This document shows positions 29,326 through 44,700 of a stretch of DNA of 64,000 nucleotides, piece by piece; within the stretch, counting starts at the first letter, position 1, and each line of letters starts with the position of its first letter. The notes beneath the pieces are model-generated. The model worked only from the letters and a program-made list of their open reading frames with translations. It was not told the DNA's origin and did no database searches. The stretch covers positions 8,318,698 to 8,382,697 of the forward strand of contig OZ037765.1 of the NCBI GenBank assembly GCA_964035545.1. The letters are read 5' to 3'. This stretch comes from Bugula neritina. Lineage: Eukaryota > Animalia > Bryozoa. The position numbers and the translations under genes were made by a program.

Positions 29326-29520
29326 GTTTCAGTAAGCTTTCCTGCAAATTTTGATTGGTTAACTAGTTAGCGAATACTTTTATATTAAATAATTAACGCG
29401 CTAATTTATAGAGCCGCGTTGTATGTAAAATTATAGAAAGTCATCTCGCGTACGTAGCCTACGACATTGTTATACTCATCACGTTAGCATACTTTCAAGC
29501 AACCCCTGCAGTGACTAGTG
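29326..29520. promoter_or_regulatory. Probable bidirectional promoter region THOC3/IGSF9
   Basis: Locally CpG-rich patch (TCTCGCGTACGTAGCCTACG), inverted CCAAT box (GATTGG, about 29353), YY1-like AACATGGCGGC overlapping the THOC3 ATG, and a + strand donor gtaagt at 29838 that could end a non-coding first exon of IGSF9. Confidence 0.45.
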
Positions 29521-30846
29521 GAATATACAAATGTTTCAGTGTGATAATATATTATTATTAGTCATAATTTGACTCAATCTTACGGTAAAAGTTTCTAGTG
29601 GAAGTAATTAATATTTAGTTGCTGCATTTGCTGTAGTATAAGTAATTTAGTAGTAAACTCACAGTCAAATTAAAGCTGCAGCTCTCAGGGTAAATATTTG
29701 TCTTTGAGGTTATTTCGATTACCAACACAGGATAGCTAATCATAATTTCGATGGAAAAATCCTATGACTTCCGAGTTGGAGTTTTACTTTAAGCAAGTGG
29801 AAAAGGTTAAAATTGGGTATTCAAAAGAAATATTATTGTAAGTATTCATATAAATATTTTTGTAAAAATTTAATAAACTTGAGCTATGCTTATTAGTATT
29901 AGTATTTGCTAATAGTAATAGTAATTGTCTTGTTATACTTATTGTATGACTGTTTATTTTGCTTTAGAGTAGGATAAATAGCCATACTTGGAATTGGATA
30001 CAATAAATAAATAACAGCAAAATGTTTATATTTGGACTTGGAGAAATTGGTGTACAAATAGCAATCAATGCAAGTGTTTATTAACTATCTTTAGTTGAAT
30101 GTTGAGTGAATATTCTTAAAATTAATATGCAGAGTACTTGAAGTACCAATGCACAATGTTTAAAAGCATGATTGAATACCTGATGTGTCTACACATGCTG
30201 TGTATGTATAAAATATGATCAAAATTGTTTATCAAGACTCAGAATTATCAATCTTTTGCTTGGTACAATAACAATTGCTGTGCCCAACTTTATTGGCTGG
30301 TGTTTTTAAACAGCTATGTATGTTCTCTAAGTTTTTATCAACCAATGTATTTAAATGCTGAGAAATTTCAATAACCAAAGTTGATAAGTTTTTTAACTTT
30401 CTCATTTTCTCCATTTCTGCTCCTACCACAAGCAATGGTGACAACATGGTTTAAATGGGTAACCATCATATTAAAATTTAAATGCTTTGCTGTCATCAAT
30501 TGCCCTAAGAAGGTTGGATACATCAGCCTGGCTCAGCATATGTCATTCCAGACCAGTGCCTCTAGCTTCTGGGCCAACTTTTATCATAACAGATAACTAT
30601 TCTCATTGAATAACCATCATCTAATGGCCCAGAAGATGAAGTCTATCTAGTTTAATGAAGGTTATTCAATGTAATCTACGTCAGTCTGAATGGGGTATGG
30701 AGTAACAGTAGCAAACTTATTTAGACCAGCTCCTTGGTATTTGTGAGCCATATGCATTTCCAAGGTGAATTTATTGACTGTAATGTGTTTTAGATGTGTT
30801 AATCTATTGTAGGAATTTCGAGCAATAATTATGAAAAAATGGTGTT

Positions 30847-32752
30847 ATGGTGAATTACATTGCAATACTGTTGATCATCACTGCTAGCGTAGGAATTGCC
30901 ATCACTGAAGGTAAAAATAGTATGTTTTAGCTACAGTGTATTTCTGTACTTCTGTATGGTATTGTAATGTAATGTTATAACTTGTACCCTCTTAAATCTG
31001 TGCGTTAGGTGCTGGTGATAACTAAATGATCTCACTGAAGTCATCACTAGACTCTCCCCACTCTCATAAATTGCTATCTACTTGGGTTTTCTTTTTCAAT
31101 TTCCACAACTTGAGAGTTGAGAGTCATCTATTTGTTATATCTGCACCACCACTTACCGCGTACCTATTAATTTACTCATAATGTAAAATGTTGGAAAGTT
31201 TGAAAAATAGCTTTTTATGTTTAATTACAATTTACACACCTTGATTCTTTTAGCAATCAATTATAGCGGCATTTCTCATTATAATTCCCTCAATTACCCC
31301 TAGATATAATGTGAAATTTTAAATTAGCTGTCGAACATAGTTGAAGTGCATTTTGCGCATAACTGTATAATATCTAACAGAATATATACACAACCTTTAG
31401 TTCTTAATAGTATTGCTCTCAGCTGTGTATACCAATTCTCTGATAAACTTATGTTTGTAATTTAATAATATTATTATGACTTTGTTGTGTCTTCTTACTG
31501 CAGTTGATCATTAGTCATCACTATTAGACCAATCTGTAGTATAGTCCCATCATAATAATTACTCTTCTACAGTACTCTTGCTTTAGTTTGGCTGTCAGCT
31601 TTTAGACAGTACAATAGAATAGACCTTGCAGGGTATATTACAACATGTTCATCAGTACTAATGCTATATCCTGTTTACCCTACAACAATAATTATTTGTC
31701 ATGTGGTAGATGAGCTATCTCTTTAATTAATAGTTTTATCCCTTCAGTTTTATTATGTGGCAAACCAACTAATAAATAAATTTCTATTGGTGGTTCAGAT
31801 TAATTAATTTTAATCCATTAGAGCCTACATGGTTTTGTTACAACCAAAGAACTATCCTGCTGTCTTGTTTTTTATTCTGCTGCATCCACATTCCACTAGT
31901 AGTTCTACTACAAGCAGCACTCTGTACTGTACATGGAGGCCATGTTCATTTAGGATCAGTAATAGAGAAATTGAGATAGCCTATGTTCTTTAAATTTCTT
32001 TATAAAATTTGGTTTGGGGCGCTGGTTGAAATTCTTTCGAGAACATAACTTCTTTCGCTACATTTTTAATCTAGAACACAGGCTTTTCTCAATTTCTCAA
32101 TTACTGCACCTACCTCGCCATATTGTCATATTATGTTAGATATAGACCAAGGCTGTTTTGGATGTGATTAAATTGTTATTGGTTGGTTTCAATTGCTAAA
32201 AGCTGATTGAGTTATTTCTTCAGCTAAGCTTGAAGAGGCAAGACTAGATAACTAGATAATGATTGAATAAGTCTTTGTAGATTTCCTGGCTATACTGTAT
32301 TAGTCTGTACAGCAGACCTAAAAATATACACTTTAATGGGTGAAACCAGAGCAAAGTCATGATTTTATTACATCAATTTGGTTATGGTCTTCCCTAACTG
32401 ATATCTTGAAACTTATTGCATTAGCATAATATTATTGTTATAAGTTTCAGTCAATGTGCAGCTATAGGCCCCTTCTATGTTAAACTTATTTATTGTAAAC
32501 ACAAGTTGTTTTGACATAGCAATGTACTAGTGGCACATGCTACAGTCAGTATACTATAATCTATTGCAAGAATGTTCAGATAAAGGGATGCTGCATCTAG
32601 TAGATGTCTACAATAGATATTTTATTAATAAATCCTACTTTTATTGAGCAATTGTTTTTGATAGGATAAAATTTGTATTTGATTGACAATTAAACAAGTT
32701 GCAGTAGTAATAGAGCTGTTTCGTGTCACGTAGAGTTACAGTAGACCTTTAG

Positions 32753-32789
<37 letters not shown>

Positions 32790-35700
32790 ACTGCTGCATA
32801 GCACCTGTGGAGTGATGGTTCTTTGATATTGTCTTATAGGTGATCAAAGTTAGCAGGTCAAGTTCATTGCATTAACCTATGCATTATAATTGTCAAGCTA
32901 AAATAGTAATTTAGCAATAGCTAAAGCCCCTAAAATAACTCTATTCCATTTATACTTTATGCACTTTTATCTAGCCTGCAGCAAACGCCATAATTTTAAG
33001 TTAAACTATATAATTCTGCTCAGTTTGAAGTCTGATTACGAAGGTCATCGTGGTCATTCACTTCAAGTATATGACTTTCTGTTTCAGCTGCCGACCTGAC
33101 AGCGTCACTGGGAGAGTCAGCAGTGCTGACGTGCAACACCAAACTATATGATGGTGTGCTGCACTACCTCGAGTGGGTTACAGACCTCAGAGTAGTGTAC
33201 TCTCGGTTTAGCCAACACTCTCCTTATATACACCACTCCTTCAAGGTAGGTCAGCCCATTCTGTCTGTCCTCTTGTCTCACTGTAGATGGGAGTCCTGCA
33301 TCTGAAGCCAGTGAAGGACTCGTTGGATCATGTCTTTGGGTATTGCAAAGGGTTGGGTTATTTCTAGACTGCAAGAAGCTAAGATTCTAATGCCTACGTG
33401 GGGCTGCAGTAACCTAGTTTAAAATTATTAAAATTTTCAGGCTCTACTTTAATCATTGAATTGCAAAAATTACCAAGTTGTTCTTTATCATTCCGATGGC
33501 AGGTTTATGAATATCTATAGCTGATTTACTTCAAACTGATAATTATGTGAAAATCCCAAACTACTGAAAATATTGCTATGAAAGTGTAGCTGCTCAGTCA
33601 CGTACAGGTCAGGCTGTAACTTCACTAGAAGAAAATAACACATTACCAGCATGTCTCAGCCTACACTCTGTATTCAGTACCTACAGTTTTGGCCTATAAG
33701 AAGTATTCAGCAATGAATGGCCCACAGCCTTCAGATATAGGGAATGTTAATCAGTTTGCTGAAGACCATTTGATTGTTATAGTTGATTCATCTCTCTGTT
33801 TGCAGTAGATTTTATATGCCACTTGAATGTGCCATTGAGTTTATAGTATTTTCTAAATACTACAGTGGCAACTCTTCAGGGCTCTCCGCTAAGCCACAGT
33901 GAACATTTCAGGGCTTCTAACGCAAATATTTTGTCAGTTAGAGTAACTACTCTTTACATGTGGATTAGAGAAATAACTGCTTTGTAAACATGCTGCGTAG
34001 CTTGCAGGCCATTTGGCAAAAATGCAGATTTGAACTCGATAATGGAGATTGGGCAATAGTATTACTTATGTCAACAACTTGCTAAATGCAGCCAAGTTCT
34101 GTTCATAGCTAGTGGGTAGCTGTCAAGAACAATTTCCACTGATGTACAAGGCTACAGAGGTTTCTATAAACCTGTCTAAACATTCCGCCTTCCTGTAACT
34201 TGATCCCGTCACATGTAATTAGATTGTTATTCAAAAAATTAAACTGTTTGAGTTAGTATGTGAAAGGTAAAGGCTGCTTTGACTGCTCCATGGTTTTAGT
34301 TTATGGAATAATAAGTTTTCAGCAACTGCTGGGTACTTTCGCTGTTCACAGTCAGAAATCAGGAAATTAGTACCACATTTAACTGAATTAGCTGCAGATG
34401 ATAGAAAATTTTTATTGGCTATATTTTTCTAATTGATATGGGACTTTCTCTGCTTCAGTTCGTAATTTGCCATAAAAATCACTTACTAACAATAAGTTAT
34501 GTAACTTATTTACAAACAATACCTTACAAACAGGTTTCTCAAAATTGTCTTGTTATTACACAGTCATTTAATTAAGATTTAAAAATTATACTAAATTATT
34601 AATAGAGATACTGGCATGTCTGGCGCGTGACCTAACAGCATGCAGCACTTGTTCGCCTACTGCTGCCGAAAAGTCGGCTTTTGTTTTGGTAAATCAGTCT
34701 GTAAATGCTTTTTGGTTAAGCAGACTCAACGTATTCACAACATTCATTTGTAACATTTGTACAACACGATTTTTTCCAACCGTAAATTTGATTTTGTAAA
34801 TGTTTTTTTTGCCTTCTAATGACAGTTTTAAATACTTATTTTTCCCCCAGCATTTAGAAAATATATTTAATTTTCTTTCTGATTTTACCTCTTCTTTTTA
34901 CCTATAATCACTTTCTAGGTTTAGCACTAAAGAAGTGTCTCTGCCTTATATAATATAATGGGCTGTAATCAATAACAGAGCTCAAGTAATATATTATAAT
35001 TGCTACATAAGTGGAACAAACTACGCCAGCACGACTTCAAGGACTATTAATTATCAGTATTATAGGACCTTTTAGTTGCTTAGCTTTATCACATACATTG
35101 TGTGCATGACATGTCATATAATGAAAGGCATTTGCTGCTTCACAAGAAAAGTTAAGTGTAGAGTTTGAGAAATTGAATTCTGTCTAGCGTTTTTCAAACT
35201 ACTGTAGCTTATATAACTCAACACACTAAACTCTATGATATCTAAAATAATATGAACAAAAGTATTTGCTCAAGGAAATGATGCGTGTTGGATTACAGCG
35301 TGTTTTGTAATTATAAAACTCGTGCAATTATTAGGTTTAAAGTTTAACTGTTGCTGCACTATGCATTTGGAAGAAAGCTGGAAGTTACTAAGTTACTGGT
35401 TGTAAGTTATTTTGTTGAATGTAGGTAATAAATGTTAGCAAGTAAACTGCTGAGCAAGAAGATGGCTTTATACAGGTTTCTTAAGCTCATAAATAAACAG
35501 TTTTTTGCTAGAATTATCTGTAAGATTAGTCAACGATGACCATAAACCCGAATTAAAAGTATAATAAAAAATGTGATATATATGAACATTAAATTACTGA
35601 AATATGTTGTAACCTCTTCCTATGGTAATAGTGTTGGGTTCAAAGTCTTCCCTCCGTGCTTTCCCACTAGACGGCTAAGAAATAACTCCCAAGTGCAGCA

Positions 35701-38700
35701 TATTTGGAAAGACAACTCCATAGTTTTTTAACTAAATTTCAAATTGCTATAGAAACTTTTGAAAAAATTACCAAATTAAAAAATATATATATATACTATA
35801 AAATAAAATAGTTTGCTATAAAGCTCATGCACATTTATGTATAAGCAGAAATCACCTACCTAAAATACTTCTCAGTTTTAGAAAAATGTAAGTTCTAATA
35901 GCTATCCTTTCATAAGGTTTTGTACTTTTTAATTTATTTTTTAAGTTTATCTTCTGTCAGAAGTCAAGGGCCAGGCTATCTATAACACATATATATGTCA
36001 TCTGTACACTTGATTAGATCACAATCATCAACTTAGAGTTTCTTCATATACAGTCATAGTCTACTGGTTGTAGCACCGGTCTATTATGACATATACAAGG
36101 TCATTGATGATGTCAACGAGGGCATCCTGTCAGAATTCTATGCTGCTTTGCTAGCTCTCCAACCATGTTGCCAGCATAGTGAGAAACAAAATCCTTTGCC
36201 AGATTAGGAAAACCTTTGACCCCAAGGGTTTCCTTGAAAGTGGAGGTTTCCCTGAGACTCTGTTTGAGTGTAATGAGTTGGTCTATATTTTGTAGGACCG
36301 TATTTCTATTGAGAATAACTCAAATCTGGTGATTGGAAAGCTTAAGACAGGAGATGGAGGAAACTACACTTGTCGTATGCACTTTCTCGATGGCCACTCT
36401 TACGTCTACCAACAATCTACTCTACTCAAGGTTCTAGGTATGATATCAACATTACATAATTATTCGTACTTTATATACTGGAGGTTGACAAATGTTTCTG
36501 GCATTTTAGAATTGTTCTACAAGCAGCACCAAGTGGAGGGTTGACTGAGTGCAGTAGTTTGGAGTTGCGGGTTTAGGTTGGAACCCCCAACTTCAAACGC
36601 GAAACCCCCAAACTACTGCATTAGTCACTCCCTACTCAGAGCTGCTAATAGCGCAATTCAGCATTTTATTCTGCATTGTCTAGTAGGGTGTTAATTAGAA
36701 TCAATAGGATTTGACCTCCCTCCCCCCTATAGATATATTTACTTACTCACGTGGCTATATAAACTATGCATTTGCAACAAAAGCACTAGGGGTATCCAAC
36801 TGGAAGCCCCAGACTTACAAAAAGCATAAGCTTTCAAGTTTTAACTCTTAGTCTATAGCTAAGATTTACTGTTTTATGTTTATCCTGCAGTAGAACAGAT
36901 ATATCAAAATAATTATAAGGGTTGTAGTTTCTAAAACAAGGAATTTTGCTAACAAATTTAAACACCACACAGATTTGTTAGCTGATTTATTGTAACTTAA
37001 CAAACTATATCTTAGTCTCAATTACTAAACAGAATAAATAAAAACAATACTTCATGTCAGTATAAGTCAACCAATAGACATATTCCTTGACCAGTTGGCT
37101 GCCTAATTTTGTTATGGACAGGAAAATGACAATATTTGTTGGAGTTGTCTTGTTTCTCATTACATTTCTTGTATTATAAAACAATATATCACACTGGTGT
37201 ATGACACTGACATATATACCCAATATTCAATTTATATTTATTATTTAATGATTACATAAAGTGCTTTAGTATTTTGATTAATGCATCCAACAATACTACC
37301 CTGAATGCCTAAATATACTACAAGGTCTTGGTGTGAGCAGGTTAACTAAGCATGGGGTCCTTGAACTTGCTGAACCTCTACAAATGGCACTGAGCTAAAC
37401 AGCTGGTAGCACCTCTTCATTAGTCCAACAGTTAAATCAGTGGGCTTGATAAAAATTTACTTGGAGCTATTCTTTAACCATTGATATTGTGGGAACTAGG
37501 TTATATGCATTCTATATGAACTAGGCACGGGCTAGATAGAGACTAACTTATAGTTAGGTATGAACTAGGTAGTAGTTAGGTATAAGAATAAAAGTGCATT
37601 TGTTTGGTTATTTTTAAAAATTATGTAAATTTTGAATCATGCAAGAGCTACGGTTGTGATAGACTGTGGGTAGTTAAATATGAAAATACTGGTTGTTCTA
37701 CCTTATACTGAAGAGTAATGACTATCTTTTTAGAAGTTGTCTGATGTAACGTCTACCCCAGTTTATTGATATCAGGTTACACTGCTGGAGTTTTGCTGAT
37801 GTTTATTTAACTGGTAACCAACGTGAAACTACAATAACACAATAATACGATTTAATAATAAAGACATTATTGAAAGAAAAATGAAACATACAAAAATTAC
37901 AAAATTGTTGCAAAACAATGTTTAACATACCTCTATTACCCTTCCTGGGGAGAGTTAGAATTAAGTATATAAAATTGTGATGGTGAAAGTTTAATCAAAT
38001 AAAGAATGACTAGTTAGAACTGCAACAGTCAGTAGAGAAATGAAGGCATAAAACACCTTAGCTATTATAACTTTGCTACAAGCTATAAAAAGCTGACAGC
38101 TATTCTGTTAGCAAAATCATTGCATTGTAATAATTAAAACAAAGCTATTTGTGGTTTAAGAAAAAGCTGTGGCTATGTGAGTAGCTAAGTGAATATAAGG
38201 GTGAATGGTATGCAGTAGTGAGTACTATAATAAAAAATGATCAAAACGCTACATCTGACCTTTCAACGGTCTCTACAGAATGAGTTGTTACACATTATCA
38301 CTGGCTACTGATTATTATTTATTGTAATAATTATATTAGTTTAAAATTTTAATTTGCATACTAGCTATTATCTTCAATATTTCATTTTATTTTTAAAATC
38401 TTATATATTGCAGAACTTATTATAAACAAAATTGTTACAGGCTGTAGAAGTTTTATGATTCTGTTAAGTAAATGAGATTATATTTTACTATTTCCATATT
38501 TAGCCTTCAAGGTAAGGAGCCTCTAGTGTATGTACAATTTTATTTCTAAGCACTTTTGTCACACTTAGTATGAATACTAAGCTATCAGGCTTACATGACA
38601 GCAGGCCCAAATTTGCTTACTATCAATGCAGAGCTGTAGAGACAGTGAAAGTGCAAGTTTTAAGGAAATCTAGGCATTTAAACCAACAGTATTAGCTACA

Positions 38701-41700
38701 CGATGATATGTTCCTTTATTTATTAGAGGAAACAGTCTGTTTGGTTTATTTAATGTATGAGAATTCTAATAGTTTTCTCCACTATTAATAATTTACATCT
38801 TGTATAATGGTATTTTTCATTCTAAAGTATTTAATTAAATTCTCATACTAATGATTATTGATGGAGATGAGTAGAAGATGCAAGCATAGCAGAGTTACTC
38901 AACTGTTCTTGGTATTGAGAATACGTACATGTGCTCTTTATTTTTTACAAAGGGTGCCAATCTCCCAGCTTGCGTATCAAGTTAATGAAGCAGTTTTAGG
39001 GTTTCTTGAAAAAATATTGTTATAAATCAACATAATTATTGCATTGTTCAGAAGCACAGTTTGATCAGATTACATTCTAAGAATAACAGCACAAATTTAC
39101 CTAAATTATTTTTTAAAAGTACTCGTATATGTAGTTGATTTTTTTGATTAAATATAACTTACATGAGGCGCCATTTGTAAAATTTGCTCTTAACAAGAAC
39201 AGTACTACTTTGAATTGAAATAAGATAAGTATGTTATATAAGCCAGTATATACAACCACATCACTCTGTCCATGTAGAATGTAAACTTTAAATTTAATAA
39301 CATTCCAGGGTTATTGCTATTAAAAATATATATTAGTTCAAAAGTCTTACTGATTAACCTTTAGAGTTTAAGCATATTGATGTTGACACAAAGAGCTTGC
39401 AATTTTTGGAATTTGGATTGCAGTATAACTTATATAGAGGGTAGCTAAAATACAGTTCACCAGCTACAATTTTTACTTTTGATAAAGTGGCTATATGTAG
39501 ATGTGTGAGCCAGGTGTACCTATCCTAAGCCACTGGCTCAAGTTTCTTCTATACTAACCCTAGTATTGATATCAAAATCATGTGGAATTGACAATTTATT
39601 TACATGGGAGTTGCCATCTTTCTGAAAATAGCATACGACTCTCATTGGATAAAACTGCTTGAGGAATTAAAAGTTACAGTCAATGCCTGAAATTATCAAA
39701 ATAATACTTCACATGATGGAAGAATGTTACCAGTCTTGATCCTGTTGCTAAAATACTTCAGTTATCTTCTGTAATTTCTACATTTCTCTTGACCAAACTA
39801 TTTACCATAACTATTTAGATATCTTTAGGTTCTGAAGTTGGTTCTTCCTTTCGTGTAGATATTTGAGAACATCATTAGCATCTATATAGCTAGTTATTAT
39901 TATATGTACCAACTTTGACTGCTCAGTATTATTTGGACTGGGACAATTTTGAAGATTCCACTGAATTTTAATCTCCTCATACTAACGTAATAGTTTCAGA
40001 TACAATCACTTCACTACTGGCATTTGGATTAAGAGTTTTTCGTATTATTTGCATAGACTAGTAAATATTGTACATTTGGGGACCATCTCAGCTTAGCTAC
40101 ATCAGCGGATTATTATTGCAGTGCTGGTTTATCATCAGACTAAACCCCCACCTGGCTGGTATAGAATGACTTGGCTTTAGTTACCTGTTTCTCCACTAAA
40201 TATACGTATTTGCTCATGTAGCAAGGATATGTTTTATCTACCATATAGTAGTTCATGGATATGCTGTCTCTTTATCTCAGTCTTAGGAGTTCTGGCATCA
40301 GGTAAGCTTTAAACTGACACTAAACTGACAGCTAATTGCAAGTTCTTGTAACTATAATTGTTTCTGTATCAAAGTTGAAAGAATCAAAATATTTAACTTG
40401 AAAATATACTTCAGTAGACTCACATAGACACTATAACCTCAAAACCATAGTATGTTGACTATTTGCTAATACTGGTTTGTATATAACAGGTTACAGGCCC
40501 TCTCTAGCTTCACATTATAAGCTCCCTTGTTCCACTTTCGTTAAGCTTTCAAATACTATCATTTTTAATTGAATTTATTCATTATTTTAGAATGTAATTC
40601 TGCAAGTCATTTTTTATTAAGTAACACTACGTAACCCTGTTGCTATAGTCCAAGGTGTAATTTAATCTTTAAAAAAAAACTGTTTAATTTTATGTAGCCT
40701 TGCATAGCTAACTTGATAACTATATTTCAGTGCGTTAAATTAAAATTACTTTATTAAAAAGTTGACAGATGTGTCTATTAATCCACTTATTGATTGCCGG
40801 GAGTGGCAACCCTGAGCACCACTTTGTCGGAGGTCATACCAGATTAACTTAAACTTATAACCATCATCGTAATTTATGACAAAACTTGAATTCTCAAGTG
40901 CTCAAACGTCAAACTTTTAATTTAAAAAAGAATAGCAGTCTGTCTACTTTAACACAAAGCTAATGCAAACATCTAAGCTATTGCTTCAGTACACTAGTAT
41001 TATATTATTAACAGGCTTCAGGGTTTAATTGAAGTAAAAAAGTCATAAAATTCTCAAAACATATAAAGATTGCAATGAAGTTTCCTATGCTGTTTCTATA
41101 TTTAACCCACTCAAGTGAAAATATTTGGGTGTGGTACTACATTCTAGAATGTTGTTAGAAGCAGCCTGAGTTGGGGGTGACTGAGTGCAGGATTTGTGTG
41201 TCCAAGTGGGAGACCCCCTCCCCTCCTTACTTTGTGGACAGCTAACTTTGTTCTCTAAAGTCCAACATTGCTGAAATTGAGTCTTTTTGTTCCTTTATAA
41301 TCTACTAAATTCTCCAGTATTGTTTTTCTCTAAGTTTTTGTTGGTGCTATGCCTATAATTACTATATAAGTCACCCATTCTGTGTAATACAGAGTTTCCA
41401 GTCCTAGCTTACACCAAATTTTCCCAAGGTTAGTCCTAAAGAAATAATATGTGTATAACCACAAATCTCCTAGCACATTCTATTGTGTCAGATCTAGGTT
41501 ATTTAGTTCCAGTGAACTACTAGTACAAAGTATACAGATACTGTCTCTCCAGAATACATCATGATATGTTCTGGATGTGCAGAGTCTTATTTTGTAAGGA
41601 AATTGCTCTAACAGCGCATAGGGAAACTGATCATGACGTATGCATTTCCTAGTGCTTTTTATACATTTTCATCCTTAAAATAAGTAATTTATGCACTAGT

Positions 41701-44700
41701 TGAGAAGTTTTTCCATCCTCCATTCAAACAGATGTCTAGTGTTTCAGCTTTAGAACTCATCTTGTGGTTGCATTTTGCTGAAGATTTCTGCAACTAGAGA
41801 TTATTAATGAGCAGGGTATGGAATTTGCTAGAAGTACTTTTTCAGTCCATAACTTCTTATTTTGTCTGATGGTAGAATAGCATTGCATTGGTTCATTTCA
41901 CTTATCAAAGGAATTCAGCCAATGTATTCTCTTGGAAGGTTTAAGTATGTATCTTTCAGAGAAGTGATGCAGTCAAGTGTATGTAAAGTGTCTAGAATTT
42001 ATACAAACCTACCTGATTCTATAGATTATTTGATTAAGTATGGAAATAAAGTCATTTTCACCAAGAACTAGGCTTTGCGGCTCCAGTCATCTAAACCACT
42101 GCTAATTGGATTCAAATCAGTATCAACTTTCTGCTAATAGTTTTTTAATTTATTGGGAAGTCTGTCTACCACCACCAATACTGCTGAATGGAAAGTACCT
42201 TAGGATAGATCACCCATTAAGCAGTAAAACTAATAATTATAATATCCAGTGATGCACCTCTTGAAAAGGTCTGCAAGAAACAGAATTTTGCCATCTTATT
42301 TGTATCACTGCTCAAAATTTACTGGAAAGCCTCTTAGTTAAAAAATTATAATTAAGACACTAGTCCTTTATGTATTGTTTAAAAATTATTTGCCCTCTAT
42401 ATTTTTTAATCCCAGTTAAACTACACCTCCAGAACTGAATTATATTTTGCCCATAGAACGTGCTGAAATAAAAGGATTCCCTTGAACTAACTGGAACCAA
42501 CTTTAGAAAATAATTATTTGACACGGAGGCCATCAATAAACTCTGCAGACTCTATTATCTGCCTAATCCTTTCTCAAGTGTAGATTATTGGAAGATTTTC
42601 CTGTAGTTTGAAATTACTGTTTACACAGTTATGTATTCTCGTGGAGACATCTAAGGCATTATTGAGCATGCTAGTTTGCTGTCATTAAATGATTATCAGT
42701 GTAACTTGATCTAGATTTTCAGCTATTATTAATTAGCACGCATTACGAGTGTGTACTCAAGGTGCTTGTGCATTACTCGAGGCTATTTACTCACTGGAGT
42801 GCTGACTTTGACTGCTGCCAGCATGGCTGCCCTAGATTAGCGCTACTTATCTTTATGTAACAATGTATTTAAATCTCTACTCCAAAAGAATTTGCTGCTA
42901 ATTCCTACAGTATGGCAGGCTATTGATTTGAAACACTGCTGCCTGCCGGGGACAGCTATATGATGTCGTTAGGTTTATATTAGAATTCAATCGGAAGCCA
43001 GCTCTGTTCTCAGTGTTACAATTCCTATAAATTTACTCAAATTGACAATTAAATGTTGAGATTGTAAAATGCTAAGCTGTAGCTGTCCATATGCTTGGTC
43101 TGATCAAAGTTGGGCTGCAGACGTAGTAATCCTGAGTTAGTATTCATGAGCTAGTGTGAGCTAATGAGCTTATAACAAACAAGCTGAGAAAGTAATTGCA
43201 TTTGCTCAAAGACCTCAGTACACTAATCTACTAAATAATTGAATTTTAGTAATTGAATTTCTGGACTGTTTAACTTTTTAATATGCACTGAAGTTATCTA
43301 TATCTTTAATAAAGGCCAAACCCAGCTACTGCAGTCATAACTGGTGAAGTAAGGAAAACAAGTGCCGGGAGCATTAATTCATCAACATTTCTATAATGCA
43401 GTCTAATTTAGCTGCTAAAGGTTCTAACTGTATTCCAAACTTATCATTACTATGTTCAGTTACTTACTTAGGCTATTATTTACCTTTTAGAAGCCCCAAC
43501 CTTTATATATTCACCCCCAGCTTATATGACTGGCAAGAAAGGGGAGTCTATAACACTAAGCTGCCGGGCAGCTGGGACGCCAACTCCTTCGCTGACCTGG
43601 TATAAAGATGGAGTGAGGCTGAGACCTACCTCTAGAATAGCTATATACGATGATGTACTGGAGGTAGTAGCACCATCAATATCTTCCAGCTAACCTCTTC
43701 AGTATATAGCATATACTTACACCTGCTTCACTTACACTGTTGTTCAATACTTACACCTGCTTAACTTACACTGTTGCATTTTATAGCATGTCCTTTATAT
43801 AGACCAGAATTCCTTTAATTCAAAGAGTTGATGTTTGGCTTACATTATAGGCTAATAATTAACGTTACTTAACATATTATTGCCCTTTTCTGAAATTTGG
43901 AAACTTCAATACAAATGAAATTGAGCTTTGAATACTAGGAAGTTGCAGTTGTTGGCTTAACTAAAGATATACAGTATGTGTATCTTTTAGCTGTGCAAAA
44001 CCTTGTCAATGTCGATGTTGTAGATTCTATATCTTTCACATAAATTATCATTTATTTCTATTCTAGTGTGTTGAGTGGGAATAAGTAGCTGTAATACATT
44101 CATTCTACATTCTGGAATTGGTTCATCCTATAGTAGATTGTTTACTACTAGTCACTTGGCAACTCCTCTCTTCCAACCCTTACAAACTCACTGCTCTTAC
44201 TACTATCTGCATACTAATTTAAACCTTATAATTGGAATGAATGAAATTGTTAGATATGATAAATATTAAAGCTGCAACTTAGTTTTTATTGTAAAATGAG
44301 TGAAGGGAGAAAATGTTCCTACATTAGTGCAAAGATTTAGGTTTTCTAGCAGCCCAATAGCTTATTTTGGAACTATGAAACTAAATGTGGTTAAAGGCCA
44401 TTCACCTGTACTCATAAGCACACCAGGTACTACCACCACCTTTTTATTTCCTCTAACTTCAGAGAGGAGTTGATTTAATGAGGTAACACGTCATTAAAAA
44501 GTTTACTTGTGAAGCCCAGTGTGTGCTAGATGGCTAACTTTCTAGTCAGTTAATTGTGAGTTAAATTGATTCTAAGATGTTTCAAATGTCTTAATACTAG
44601 ATTGAAAGAAACACGTATCACCATTTGTTTTAATATTGATGTTATCAGTTTGAAAATTTTTAAAGATGTTCAAATTACCCCTGGCCCATATAAATAATTA

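Noticed and set aside
37745-37930. TGTAAC-starting segment reminiscent of a solo LTR
   Set aside because: No convincing matching end, TSD, PBS or PPT.
38504-38511. Possible IGSF9 microexon tttag|CCTTCAAG|gtaagg
   Set aside because: 8 nt is not frame-preserving; likely chance.
40795-40815. GTGGCAACCCTG, hAT-MITE-like terminus; similarly a lone CCTTTAA-type end near 15620
   Set aside because: No partner TIR or TSD found nearby.
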